A DNA stretch of 64,000 nt from Patescibacteria group bacterium (GTDB lineage: Bacteria > Patescibacteriota > Patescibacteriia > Patescibacteriales > JAQTRU01): positions 204,731-268,730 of the forward strand of contig JBAZPX010000001.1 in the NCBI GenBank assembly GCA_041645555.1, given 5' to 3'. The position numbers and the translations under genes were made by a program. The first letter of the stretch is position 1; the number at the start of each line of letters is the position of its first letter. Shown in pieces: positions 8,238 through 17,332 of this stretch. The notes beneath the pieces are model-generated. The model did not search any database and was not told the DNA's origin. It worked only from the letters and a program-made list of their open reading frames with translations.

Positions 8238-9176
8238 ATGGGAAATATTCAAAAAGACATACCTTTAGCCCAGTTTACCACTTTCCGGATTGGCGGGCCG
8301 GCTAAGTTTTTTATTGAAGTAAAAGAGAAAGATAATTTGCTGGAGGCGATAAAATGGGCTAAGGAGAGTAAAGAAAAATTTTATATTTTGGGCGGGGGCA
8401 GCAATATAATAATAAACGATAAGGGAGTTGACGGTTTAGTGATAAAAATGGCTAATGATAATATTACGGTTCATGGCGAAAGAATGGAGACCGGAGCCGG
8501 AGCGACTTTAGCCCGGGCTGTGCTCCTCGCCACTGGTGAAAATTTGTCCGGTTTGGAATGGGCGGCCGGCATTCCCAGAGCGACAATCGGCGGAGCGATT
8601 CGGGGAAATGCCGGCGCTTTTAGCTTGTCTATGGCTGAAGTAGCGGAGACGGTTGAAGTCTTTAATGTTAAAAAGGAAAAATTTGAATTATTCAGCCATA
8701 AAGACTGCCGGTTTGATTATCGCGAAAGTATTTTTAAGAAAGATAATAGTTATTTAATTTGGAACGTTGTTCTCAAACTGGAAAAGGGAAATAAAATCCA
8801 GATTCAATCCGCGGTAAATAAATTTTTAGAATCAAGGCAGAGCCGGCAGCCAAAACTTCCCAGCGCCGGTTCGGTTTTTAAAAATTTGCCGCTTGATTAT
8901 TTAAAAGAGAACAATGCGAACATAGCGGACTTAGCCAACAAGGCCGGCGTTGTTAAAGAAGGCAAAGTCGGAGCCGGCTGGCTGATAGAGCTGGCTGGGC
9001 TTAAGGGCAAAAAAATCGGGGGAGCAAAAGTGAGCTTAGAGCACGCTAATTTTATTGTTAACACCAGCCAAGCCACGGCCGAAGATATTGTGATGCTAAT
9101 TAGTTATATTAAGCAGCAAGTCAGGAACAGGTTTAATATCCAGTTGCAGGAAGAAGTACAGTATTTAGGGTTTTGA
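8238..9176 (+). CDS. murB: UDP-N-acetylenolpyruvoylglucosamine reductase MurB
   Basis: FAD-binding N-terminus (FTTFRIGGPAKFF, LGGGSNII) and C-terminal MurB motifs (PSAGSVFKNL, HANFIVN). Confidence 0.9.
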   Translation: MGNIQKDIPLAQFTTFRIGGPAKFFIEVKEKDNLLEAIKWAKESKEKFYILGGGSNIIINDKGVDGLVIKMANDNITVHGERMETGAGATLARAVLLATGENLSGLEWAAGIPRATIGGAIRGNAGAFSLSMAEVAETVEVFNVKKEKFELFSHKDCRFDYRESIFKKDNSYLIWNVVLKLEKGNKIQIQSAVNKFLESRQSRQPKLPSAGSVFKNLPLDYLKENNANIADLANKAGVVKEGKVGAGWLIELAGLKGKKIGGAKVSLEHANFIVNTSQATAEDIVMLISYIKQQVRNRFNIQLQEEVQYLGF

Positions 9177-9179
9177 GGC

Positions 9180-9222
9180 GGGATTCTTGAGATTATTAAG
9201 ATCTTTAGGATCCTTAGGATTT
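9180..9222. repeat. Intergenic word array (period about 9, gattcttRa / ctttaggat)
   Basis: gggattcttgagattattaagatctttaggatccttaggattt, read directly from the sequence. Confidence 0.8.
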
Positions 9223-9239
9223 AATTTTCTAAATTTTTG

Positions 9240-9263
9240 CAGGGCAGGATAGCCCTGTTTTTT
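9240..9263 (+). terminator. Rho-independent terminator after murB
   Basis: cagggc...gccctg hairpin followed by tttttt. Confidence 0.65.
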
Positions 9264-9349
9264 ATTATTTGCGGCGGAGAGTTATTTTATAGGAGATTTT
9301 GCCGAAGTATAAGTTTTGTTTTCTTGCTTTTTTGTTTTTTTGATACGCC

Positions 9350-9378
9350 TTGACACATATAAAAATTTATGCTATATT
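9350..9378 (+). promoter_or_regulatory. Sigma70-type promoter (TTGACA-17 nt-TATATT)
   Basis: Consensus -35 element, exact 17-nt spacer and near-consensus -10 element, about 110 nt upstream of the 9486 CDS. Confidence 0.6.
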
Positions 9379-9485
9379 ACCAACATAGTAGACAAGATAC
9401 TTAAGTTTATTAGGATATTTTTACTAATATTAGCTAAAATTATAAATCACTTTTTTATTTTAAAACCCCTTGCTTTTATAAATTT

Positions 9486-10721
9486 ATGGATAATATCTCA
9501 ATCTTGGACAAAATAATCAATAATCAGAAAGCCGAAGAAATAGCGAAATTAAATGCGGTGGAAATCGTAAATAATTTGCTGGGCGAACTGGCGGACAGGG
9601 AAAAAGACGTCCTTACCCGTCGTTTTGGTTTGCATGGCCAGGGCAAAGAAACCTTAGAAAAGGTGGGCCAGGCCCATAAGCTTACCAGGGAAAGAATAAG
9701 GCAGATTGAAGTTTCCGGCATAAAGAAACTGCGCCAGCTGGAAAAGCTCGGGAGTTATGTTGATATTTTAAAGAAAGTAACTTCGCAGCTTCTGGAAGAG
9801 CACGGCGGGCTTATGGAAAGGCAGTATCTGCTTAATGCTTTAGCTAAATTTTCCTTAAACGGCGACGGCCGGGAAAAAGACGAGGAGCTGATCCATAAAA
9901 GCCACCTTGATTTTCTTATTTCTAAATTATTGCCGGAAGAATTTGAAGAGGTAAGCGACTCCGAGTTATTTTTGGATTTTTATAAATTAAGATATCAAAC
10001 TCTTGATCATTTAGAAGAGTTATCCCTTGAATTGATTGAGAAGATAGAAAGCCTTAAAAAAATATTTAATACGGAAGAGATGATAGATATTTTCACTAAA
10101 CTGGAAGGCTATAATAAAAATCGTGAGAAATTTAATATTCCTTACAGCCTTGATATCTCAAGAATTTTAGGCAACAATTCTTTTGCGGAAAAATTTGAGG
10201 TCATAAACAGCCATAAAGTTTTATATTCCCTCCTGCGGGCTTTAAGGAAGGTTGAGCAGAATAAATTCGGCGATTGGGGAATTTATGACTGGCGGGAAAT
10301 AAAACCGAAGACCATAAACGATAAGATATACCTCGTCTTAAAAAACCATGGCAAGCCGATGCATTTTGCCGAGATTGCCGACCATATTAATCAGACCGGT
10401 TTTGACAGCAAAAAGGCCAATGCCGCCACGGTCCATAATGAGCTTATTCTCGACGAGAAATATGTTTTAGTCGGACGCGGCCTTTATGGCTTAAAAGAAT
10501 GGGGGTATAAAGAGGGTACGGTCGCTGACGTTATAAAGGATATTTTAACCCAAGCCGGCAAGCCCCTGACTCGCGACGAGATTATTGATAAGGTTTTAGA
10601 AAAACGTTTGGTAAAAAAGACGACTATAGTTTTAGCCCTAATGAACAGGGAAATGTTTGAGAAGGCCGGGAATAAATACCAGTTAATAGAAAGCTTAAAG
10701 ACGGCTGACGTAAACAAATAA
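9486..10721 (+). CDS. Sigma-70 region-4-like HTH protein with C-terminal HARE-HTH-like domains
   Basis: EKDVLTRRFGL...TLEKVGQAHKLTRERIRQIE resembles sigma region 4. The C-terminus has winged-helix segments (PMHFAEIADHI..., GKPLTRDEIIDKVL). Confidence 0.7.
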   Translation: MDNISILDKIINNQKAEEIAKLNAVEIVNNLLGELADREKDVLTRRFGLHGQGKETLEKVGQAHKLTRERIRQIEVSGIKKLRQLEKLGSYVDILKKVTSQLLEEHGGLMERQYLLNALAKFSLNGDGREKDEELIHKSHLDFLISKLLPEEFEEVSDSELFLDFYKLRYQTLDHLEELSLELIEKIESLKKIFNTEEMIDIFTKLEGYNKNREKFNIPYSLDISRILGNNSFAEKFEVINSHKVLYSLLRALRKVEQNKFGDWGIYDWREIKPKTINDKIYLVLKNHGKPMHFAEIADHINQTGFDSKKANAATVHNELILDEKYVLVGRGLYGLKEWGYKEGTVADVIKDILTQAGKPLTRDEIIDKVLEKRLVKKTTIVLALMNREMFEKAGNKYQLIESLKTADVNK

Positions 10722-10744
10722 AAGTTAAAATATATATAAAAAAA

Positions 10745-10776
10745 TCGTTCCCTCATCAGGGGAGCGGTTTTTTTGT
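10745..10776 (+). terminator. Rho-independent terminator
   Basis: cgttccc...ggggagcg hairpin followed by a T7 run. Confidence 0.65.
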
Positions 10777-10792
10777 TGGAAAGCGGCAATTA

Positions 10793-10801
10793 TGGTAGAA
10801 T
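10793..10801 (+). promoter_or_regulatory. Extended -10 promoter element (TGGTAGAAT)
   Basis: The string tatggtagaat is identical at 12946-12956. It lies after a terminator and before the 10857 ATG. Confidence 0.45.
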
Positions 10802-10856
10802 GATAAAAGAGGCGATTTTATTAATATTTTATATATTATTCAAATTTAAAAAAATT

Positions 10857-12857
10857 ATGCAAAAGCTAAAATTTAGAAAAATGTTTGCGGTTATGACATT
10901 TTTTATTGCAGTAGCCGTCGTTAGTATTTTAGCCATTCCACAAGCTAAGGCTGCCAGTTCTACCTCACCCTCCATCACCGTTTTGAGCCCGAATGGGGGA
11001 GAGCAGTGGGAAGCAGGAAAAAACTACACCGTTCGATGGAATTCAACCGGAATTTCTCAAGATGCAAGTATTAGTTTGAATCTTTTAAATAGAACGGCTA
11101 AAACTAATGTCGGGTCATGGATTACTATGGTTCCCCAGAATACTGGTTCGAGTGATTTCGTTGTTCCATCAAATGCGGAGCCAGGATCAAGCTATGAAAT
11201 GCTCATCTCTGTTTGTAGCTCCATTAATGGGCAAGATGTCTGCGCAGATGAACGGAACCAATATTCGGGCGTTGAAGATAGAAGCGACAACTATTTCAGT
11301 ATTATTGCGGCATCTACTGCCTGTACCGATTCCGGCAAAGAGTGCAGTTATCCGGAAACCTGCGGCGGAGGCGGAACTCCTAATGTTTGCGGTCAGGGTG
11401 ATTATAACTGGTATACGGGCAACTCAGGAGAGACATGCGACACAGTATGCAAAAACAAGGGATTAACCTGCCAGGCAGTTGACGATGACAAGAATTGTAC
11501 AATCGGTAAATATTTTGATCCCGGCAACAACTGCGTTTGCTCAAAAGATAACGCCGGTGGAGTTTATGGCTCTCCCTATTATGCCACTGGTTATAACAAT
11601 TGCCACTATTTAGATATTACTCCGTCATGCACTAAAGTTAATAATGTCTGCGCCACTTGCCATCCTATATGCGCTTGTGCGGGATCCAGCAACCAGACGA
11701 AGCCGGATTTAACCGTAACTAGCATTAAGTTTGAGTCGCCAAATAATCTAAAAGGCGAAGATGGTACACTCTCTGTTGTGGTTAAAAATTTGGGCAGTGA
11801 TTTGTCTGGAACAGCAGGATTATTGAGTTGGTACAATAATTTTTCAGCCCAAAATTTTGTATTTAATAGTGCTACGCCGTCTATCTTATCATTTAAAAAC
11901 GACAGGGATGTTTTAACCGCTTCAAAACCGTTAAATACAAATGAGTCAGTTACATTTTCCTGGCTGGGAAATTTCAATACGTCCGGAAATATTTATCTCC
12001 ATTTTACCGTGGATAATAGCAATGAATTGGATGAGTCGAATGAAAAAAACAATACCTTATCGACAGTGATTCAAATAAAAGAAAATTCGCAAGACACAAC
12101 GGAAGTTGTTAAGGATGAGCAGGTTGTAGAAATTGACTACAAGGCTAAGCTTTTGAATAAGGACGAATTCAGCACAATCCTCTCTGAACTTAGAGAGCTT
12201 CGTAATATAATTAAAGAACAGAATGCCAAAATTAAATATCTGGAAAAATTAACCAAGAATGTAGAAAAATTATCCACAAGAATGGAAAGCGCCATTAATA
12301 ATTTTATAACCTATGGCGTAGACGCTAACACTCAAAAACTCGGAGAAGGCGAGAGAGCGGCGGTTATATACTCATATAAAAGCGCTTTTAGTAAGCTTCC
12401 GGAAACCGAAGTCGAGCTAGCAGACGCGATTAAAATAGCCAATGGCCGGTGGCCGAGCATTACTAATGACGAGGCCGAGAAAAAAGCCAAAGAGCAGTTT
12501 CAAAAGATCTACCAAAGAATAGCCGACATGAACAACGCTAATGATAACGCCGCCGTAACCGTCATGGCCTACGGTCTTCGCCAAAAAGCGGAAAATAGGA
12601 ATTTAAATTCAGAAAAACAAGGGATAAAAATTTTTAAGAATATTTACGGCCGCGCTCCAAGCTCAACAGAAGATTGGAATATAATGCAGGCAATTACTTA
12701 TTCCGGTTCGGCCAGGGGAATTGATTCTGACGGAGATTTATTGACTGACGAGAGAGAGGCCGAGCTGGGGACTGATCCGAAAAAGAAAGATACGGACGGC
12801 GATGGGTTTATTGACGGGATTGAAGTAGCTAACGGGCACGATCCATTGAATAAGTAA
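10857..12857 (+). CDS. Secreted modular surface protein: beta-sandwich (PNGGE) domain, Cys-rich region, CARDB-like domain, coiled coil, C-terminal TSP3-like Ca-binding repeats
   Basis: Signal peptide MQKLKFRKMFAVMTFFIAVAVVSILAIPQAKA. Also KPDLTVTSIKF...VVVKNLGS (CARDB-like) and DSDGDLLTDERE..DTDGDGFIDGIE at the C-terminus. The start is moved from 10773 because that extension overlaps the terminator and promoter. Confidence 0.75.
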   Translation: MQKLKFRKMFAVMTFFIAVAVVSILAIPQAKAASSTSPSITVLSPNGGEQWEAGKNYTVRWNSTGISQDASISLNLLNRTAKTNVGSWITMVPQNTGSSDFVVPSNAEPGSSYEMLISVCSSINGQDVCADERNQYSGVEDRSDNYFSIIAASTACTDSGKECSYPETCGGGGTPNVCGQGDYNWYTGNSGETCDTVCKNKGLTCQAVDDDKNCTIGKYFDPGNNCVCSKDNAGGVYGSPYYATGYNNCHYLDITPSCTKVNNVCATCHPICACAGSSNQTKPDLTVTSIKFESPNNLKGEDGTLSVVVKNLGSDLSGTAGLLSWYNNFSAQNFVFNSATPSILSFKNDRDVLTASKPLNTNESVTFSWLGNFNTSGNIYLHFTVDNSNELDESNEKNNTLSTVIQIKENSQDTTEVVKDEQVVEIDYKAKLLNKDEFSTILSELRELRNIIKEQNAKIKYLEKLTKNVEKLSTRMESAINNFITYGVDANTQKLGEGERAAVIYSYKSAFSKLPETEVELADAIKIANGRWPSITNDEAEKKAKEQFQKIYQRIADMNNANDNAAVTVMAYGLRQKAENRNLNSEKQGIKIFKNIYGRAPSSTEDWNIMQAITYSGSARGIDSDGDLLTDEREAELGTDPKKKDTDGDGFIDGIEVANGHDPLNK

Positions 12858-12947
12858 TTTTAAAATTCAGGAAAATATAAGAAAAACCGCCTCCTTATCA
12901 AAGGGGCGGTTTTCGTTTGTCTAAAAATGGCAAAATATGGTAGAATA

Positions 12948-12956
12948 TAGTTAGCT
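12948..12956 (+). promoter_or_regulatory. Extended -10 promoter element (TGGTAGAAT)
   Basis: Follows the terminator hairpin accgcctcc...ggggcggt (12885-12912). Same 11-mer as at 10791. Confidence 0.45.
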
Positions 12957-13049
12957 ATAAATTTACGAATTTGCTAATTTTAGGGTTGGTATTTAGTGAT
13001 TAGCCGTGGGTTTATTATATAGATAACCTTTATTTTTGATATAATAATT

Positions 13050-13117
13050 TTTAATTTCCGAATTTTTAATTCCGGATTTTCGGAATTGAAAATTGTGAAT
13101 TGAAAATTGAAAATTGG
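13050..13117. repeat. Intergenic word array (aattccg/gaaaatt, period 7) with internal inverted repeats
   Basis: ttaatttccgaatttttaattccggattttcggaattgaaaattgtgaattgaaaattgaaaattgg. Confidence 0.8.
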
Positions 13118-13120
13118 TTG

Positions 13121-14584
13121 ATGGATATTGTCATAGATTTTTCATCTGTCTACAATTTTTTTAATACCAGCCCGGATTTACTGATGTGGCGGACTTTTTT
13201 ATTGTTCGGCTGGCTGCCGATTTCTTTGGCTTTCCTTTGGGGCGCTAAAGAAAGTTGGATTTTTTACATAAAGACTCAATGGGATAAGACAAATAAATAT
13301 GTTCTTTTAGCCGTTGATATCCCGCGCAATAACGAGCAGACGATTAAGGCGGTGGAAAATTTATTCACTTATATCGGCGGCGCCCACAAAACCCATACTT
13401 TAATTGAAAAATATTGGGAGGGACAATTTCAAATACCTTTCAGTTTTGAGATTATTAGCATAGAGGGTTACACCCAGTTTTTAATCCGCCCCCACGTGAA
13501 ATTCCGGGATATGGTGGAAGCCGCGGTTTATTCCCAATATCCGGATGCGGAAATTACCGAAGTTGATGATTACACCGAGGGCATGCCCGATAAATTTCCG
13601 GACGAAGTTTATGATATCTGGGGGTGCGAATTTATCCAGGCTAAAAATCCTATCTATCCGATTAAGACTTATGAAGAATTTGAGCAACAAATGGGGCCGC
13701 CCGAGGCCCAATATAAAGACACCATGGCAACTTTAATGGATTTATGCAGCAGTTTAAAAAAGGGCGAACAGTTTTGGTTCCAGATATTAATTAAGCCTAT
13801 GGGTTTTGACTGGCCGGAGGAAGGGGAAAAAGAAGTAAAGAGAATTTTGAAGGAAAAGCTGCCGGCTACTTTCGCCAATAATGTAATAGATGGAATTATT
13901 GGTTGGATGGGAAATATTAGCGAATCTATTTATAGTATTTGGGGGGATATTGAGGAAAAAGACGAAAAAGACGACGCTTTAAAAATGATGAATTTGAAGC
14001 CGAAAGAAAAAAAACAGGTAGAAGCTATTCAAAACAAGACCAGTAAATTAGGTTTTCAATTTAAATCAAGGTTTATTTATGTCGCCAAAAAAGAAATAAT
14101 GAACAAACCTAAGGTCAGGGAAGGATTTATCGGCTATATGAAGCAATTTATGGATTTAGACCTGAATAATTTAAAACCAGACATGGATTTAACGGCGACC
14201 TCTGCAGATTATTTTTTTACGGAGTACCGCGCCAATGTAAGAAAGAATAAAATTATGCGGGCTTATAAAGGCAGGAGCACTACCCGCGGAAGAAATATGG
14301 GCATAATGAATATAGAGGAGCTGGCCACTCTTTGGCATTTCCCAATAGAGTTCGTGGTTAAAGCGCCGATGATCCAAAAAGCGCCGGGAAGAAAATCCGG
14401 TCCGCCCATGCAACTGCCGATTGGCGAAGAAATAGTAAGCGAAGCTACGCTTGAACCGGAGTTTATGGAAGAGGGAAACAAAAATAAGAATGGAAAAAAA
14501 GAATTACGGGACGAAGTTATGACTAAAGAGGAGAATAATCCGAAAAAAAATGCTTCCCCGCCGGCTAACTTGCCGTTTGCCTAA
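13121..14584 (+). CDS. Membrane-anchored protein of unknown function (two N-terminal TM helices, large soluble domain, Lys/Glu-rich tail)
   Basis: Long uninterrupted ORF. The ATG at 13121 is preferred because the TTG at 13100 lies inside the word array. Confidence 0.7.
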   Translation: MDIVIDFSSVYNFFNTSPDLLMWRTFLLFGWLPISLAFLWGAKESWIFYIKTQWDKTNKYVLLAVDIPRNNEQTIKAVENLFTYIGGAHKTHTLIEKYWEGQFQIPFSFEIISIEGYTQFLIRPHVKFRDMVEAAVYSQYPDAEITEVDDYTEGMPDKFPDEVYDIWGCEFIQAKNPIYPIKTYEEFEQQMGPPEAQYKDTMATLMDLCSSLKKGEQFWFQILIKPMGFDWPEEGEKEVKRILKEKLPATFANNVIDGIIGWMGNISESIYSIWGDIEEKDEKDDALKMMNLKPKEKKQVEAIQNKTSKLGFQFKSRFIYVAKKEIMNKPKVREGFIGYMKQFMDLDLNNLKPDMDLTATSADYFFTEYRANVRKNKIMRAYKGRSTTRGRNMGIMNIEELATLWHFPIEFVVKAPMIQKAPGRKSGPPMQLPIGEEIVSEATLEPEFMEEGNKNKNGKKELRDEVMTKEENNPKKNASPPANLPFA

Positions 14585-14594
14585 AAAATTAACT

Positions 14595-14664
14595 GGGATT
14601 CTTGAGACTCTTAGGATTATTAGGATAGTGTTATTTTCAAAATCCTAATCCCGAGTACTCGGGA
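14595..14664. repeat. Intergenic word array plus 16-nt perfect palindrome tcccgagtactcggga
   Basis: gggattcttgagactcttaggattattaggat faces aaaatcctaatcc. The palindrome with its flank (tcccgagtactcgggactaa) is repeated at 23132-23151. Confidence 0.8.
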
Positions 14665-14688
14665 CTAAAGATCCCATAGTTTAACCTT

Positions 14689-15459
14689 ATGGATGTAATC
14701 CAAAGCATAATTTTAGGAATAGTTGAAGGCTTAACCGAGTTCTTGCCCATTTCTTCAACGGCCCATTTAATAATTACGGCCAAGCTTTTGGCTATCGGCC
14801 AAACCGAGTTCGCCAAGAATTTTGAGATCACCATCCAGCTGGGCGCGATTTTAGCTGTGGTATTTTTATACTGGCAGAGGTTCTTCAAAGATCTGGATTA
14901 TCTAAAAAAAATAATTATGGCTTTTCTGCCGACGGCCGTAGTCGGTTTTATCTTTTATCAAATTATAAAGAATTTTTTAATGGAAAGTCTTTCGGTTATT
15001 GCTTTGGCTCTGCTAATCGGAGGTATAATTATTATTGTTTTTGAAGCTGGCAAAGGCAAAAGAACGGCGGATAATGGCAGCGATGCAATTACTTACAAGC
15101 AAGCTTTTTTAATAGGACTGTGCCAGTCAGTGGCAGTAATCCCTGGAGTTTCCCGGGCCGCGGCTACGATTATCGGTGGCTTATCGTTAAAACTTTCCCG
15201 CCGGGCAATCGTGGAGTTTTCTTTTCTCTTGGCGGTGCCAACGATGATAGCGGCGACTGGTTACGACTTAATTAAAACCGGGTTTAGCTTTTCCGGCCAG
15301 GAATTAGGAGTTCTTCTGGTCGGTTTTATAATTTCCTTTTTTGCCGCTTTGGCCGGCGTAAAGTTTTTCCTGAAATTTATAACCAAATACAATTTTTTCT
15401 ACTTTGGGGTTTACCGAATAATTTTAGGGCTGGTAATTTTAGCCTGGCTTTGGGTTTAG
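14689..15459 (+). CDS. uppP: Undecaprenyl-diphosphate phosphatase UppP/BacA
   Basis: GLTEFLPISSTAHL motif and PGVSRAAATI motif in a polytopic membrane protein. Confidence 0.9.
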   Translation: MDVIQSIILGIVEGLTEFLPISSTAHLIITAKLLAIGQTEFAKNFEITIQLGAILAVVFLYWQRFFKDLDYLKKIIMAFLPTAVVGFIFYQIIKNFLMESLSVIALALLIGGIIIIVFEAGKGKRTADNGSDAITYKQAFLIGLCQSVAVIPGVSRAAATIIGGLSLKLSRRAIVEFSFLLAVPTMIAATGYDLIKTGFSFSGQELGVLLVGFIISFFAALAGVKFFLKFITKYNFFYFGVYRIILGLVILAWLWV

Positions 15460-15516
15460 CGGTTTTAAATGTAAGATATTGCGCTCAGGGCAGAGTATGC
15501 CCTGAGTTTTTAGTTA

Positions 15517-15545
15517 TTGACGACAACAAAGAAATATGCTAATAT
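15517..15545 (+). promoter_or_regulatory. Sigma70-type promoter (TTGACG-17 nt-TAATAT)
   Basis: Located after the terminator ctcagggca...tgccctgag-ttttt (15484-15511) and before the 15641 CDS. Confidence 0.55.
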
Positions 15546-15640
15546 TTTTTAATGCTCTTTTTAGATTGGAATATTAAGGCATTCATCAAAATAGAAAACA
15601 GAATCTCAAAAAACAAACTTTCAAAGAAGGGGGAAGTACC

Positions 15641-16183
15641 GTGAGAAATCTTCTGGCGGCATTAGCAATTATCTTTTTTCTGCTGCCGATAGCGGGTAAG
15701 GTTGCGGCGGAAGAGGATATCGTTATCATCGCCTCGGGTTGTGAATTAAACGAGGTTGATAAAAAAATCATTAAGTCGACAATAAGGACCGATAACAGGG
15801 GGTTGCCTGTAAAGGAAGTTATAATCTTGGTGGACTCGTACGATTTCAAGAGATCAGACGGGAGCCCGGAAAAAAGAAATTTTACAACCGTCACAGTAAA
15901 TGGCGAAGCCAGTAGTGATTCCTTCGAAGGAAAAGATCTCTTCTCTGGAACGGCTAAGTCAGTTAGTTCGATTAAAAGAGCGTTGAAATTTGCGCTCCAG
16001 AAAAGGAACGAAAAGCAGGCGGCTGGGAATAAGGCCGGCGATAAGGCGGTTAACTCCACCGGCTCTGATGCTCAGATGAAACCTGACCAGACGAAGAACC
16101 AGGGCCAGGAAAAATCCGACCTCGTGACTGCCCCAAAAGTAGAAAAATCAAAAGCAAAGTTCAAAATCATCAAAAAGCAATGA
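15641..16183 (+). CDS. Secreted protein of unknown function (signal peptide, Lys-rich tail)
   Basis: GTG start preceded by AAGGGGGAA. Signal-like N-terminus LLAALAIIFFLLPIAGKVAA. Terminator acctctataa...ttatagaggt-ttttttt at 16207-16247. Confidence 0.6.
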   Translation: MRNLLAALAIIFFLLPIAGKVAAEEDIVIIASGCELNEVDKKIIKSTIRTDNRGLPVKEVIILVDSYDFKRSDGSPEKRNFTTVTVNGEASSDSFEGKDLFSGTAKSVSSIKRALKFALQKRNEKQAAGNKAGDKAVNSTGSDAQMKPDQTKNQGQEKSDLVTAPKVEKSKAKFKIIKKQ

Positions 16184-16373
16184 CCTTTCCCGTCCTTGCC
16201 CATACAACCTCTATAACTTCAGCCGAAGCATTATAGAGGTTTTTTTATTTGCCAATCTGTTTATAGCCTGGAGCCAACAAAAGCATTGAGCTTATCCAAC
16301 AATAATGGTAAAATAAATTCAGATAACCAAAACAGTTTTTCTGTCTGTTTTTTGGTATAGGGAATTTCTAAAT

Positions 16374-17132
16374 ATGAATAATTTAGTTAAAAAAATAGCT
16401 AATTTCCTGGATCTAAAAGAATTAGGCAAAAGAGCCGCTACGGTTATTGTTTTAACTCTGACCGCAATTATTACGGTTTGGGTTTACGCGGCGTTTGTTG
16501 AGCCTTCAGTTGGCCCCAATTCTTCCGACCAGGATTTCGCCCAGAATATTTTAGGCAATAATGACGCTAATAACGATTTTAGCTCTTCTAATGTCGCTTC
16601 TAACGCCGACGGCAGTATTATTGAAAGAGAAGAGTATATCCAGACAGGAATCGGCACCAATGCGAGCGCGACTACGACACCCTCCGCAGCTTCCTCGCTT
16701 TGGAGCGGGTTGAAGTATATAGAAGGTAATATGTTGAACAAAAAAAAGTATTATTTGACTTCGGCCACGATGGAGGGCGGTGGGCCTTTGACCGCCTGCG
16801 CCTCTGGGTACCACTTCGCTTCATTATGGGAATTAATTGATCTTAATCAACACACTTACAACTCATCTCTTGGGATGTATTTGGATGATTCCGGGTTGTA
16901 TGGTCCTCCAGTCGGCACACTCGGGTGGATCAGGACCGGTGGTGTCTCTAATACCACAGTTACTGTAGGTACGGGAAATTGCGCCGCCTGGACATCAACT
17001 AGCGGAGCTCATTATGGAACTATGGCAAGGATAACAACATCATGGGCAGGGGGCGCCACAACCATCTCTCCTTGGGAAGGCGACATAGACTTTTGCAACA
17101 CACAGCACAGAGCGTGGTGCATGCAAAATTAA
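16374..17132 (+). CDS. Membrane-anchored surface protein: conserved N-terminal module plus Cys-containing C-terminal domain
   Basis: The N-terminal ~110 aa are homologous to the 44261 CDS (AAFVEP..GPNSSDQDFAQNILGNNDANNDFSSSNVASNADGSIIEREEY). Terminator ccgcagtc...gactgcgg-tttt at 17208-17237. Confidence 0.75.
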   Translation: MNNLVKKIANFLDLKELGKRAATVIVLTLTAIITVWVYAAFVEPSVGPNSSDQDFAQNILGNNDANNDFSSSNVASNADGSIIEREEYIQTGIGTNASATTTPSAASSLWSGLKYIEGNMLNKKKYYLTSATMEGGGPLTACASGYHFASLWELIDLNQHTYNSSLGMYLDDSGLYGPPVGTLGWIRTGGVSNTTVTVGTGNCAAWTSTSGAHYGTMARITTSWAGGATTISPWEGDIDFCNTQHRAWCMQN

Positions 17133-17332
17133 TAGGATACCCTTAGTAGATAGAGGATTAATACTTGCTTAACGGTTTACCTTTGGTATTAATTGTTAAA
17201 TTATTTCCGCAGTCTTTTCACGGGGACTGCGGTTTTGTTATAATTGAGATTAAAATTATCTCATTTGCCAACACTGTCCTTCTTAGGTATGATAATAGAT
17301 GAAATAAAGGTTATTAATTAACGCCCGATAAC

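Noticed and set aside
15586-16059. 157-aa minus-strand ORF overlapping the 15641-16183 gene
   Set aside because: The + strand ORF has a promoter, an RBS, a signal peptide and a terminator. The minus ORF has none of these and would run into the promoter.
16800-17132. C-terminal Cys-containing domain of the 16374 gene, considered as a diversity-generating retroelement (DGR) target
   Set aside because: No reverse transcriptase gene and no template-repeat copy of the 3' end was found anywhere in the window.
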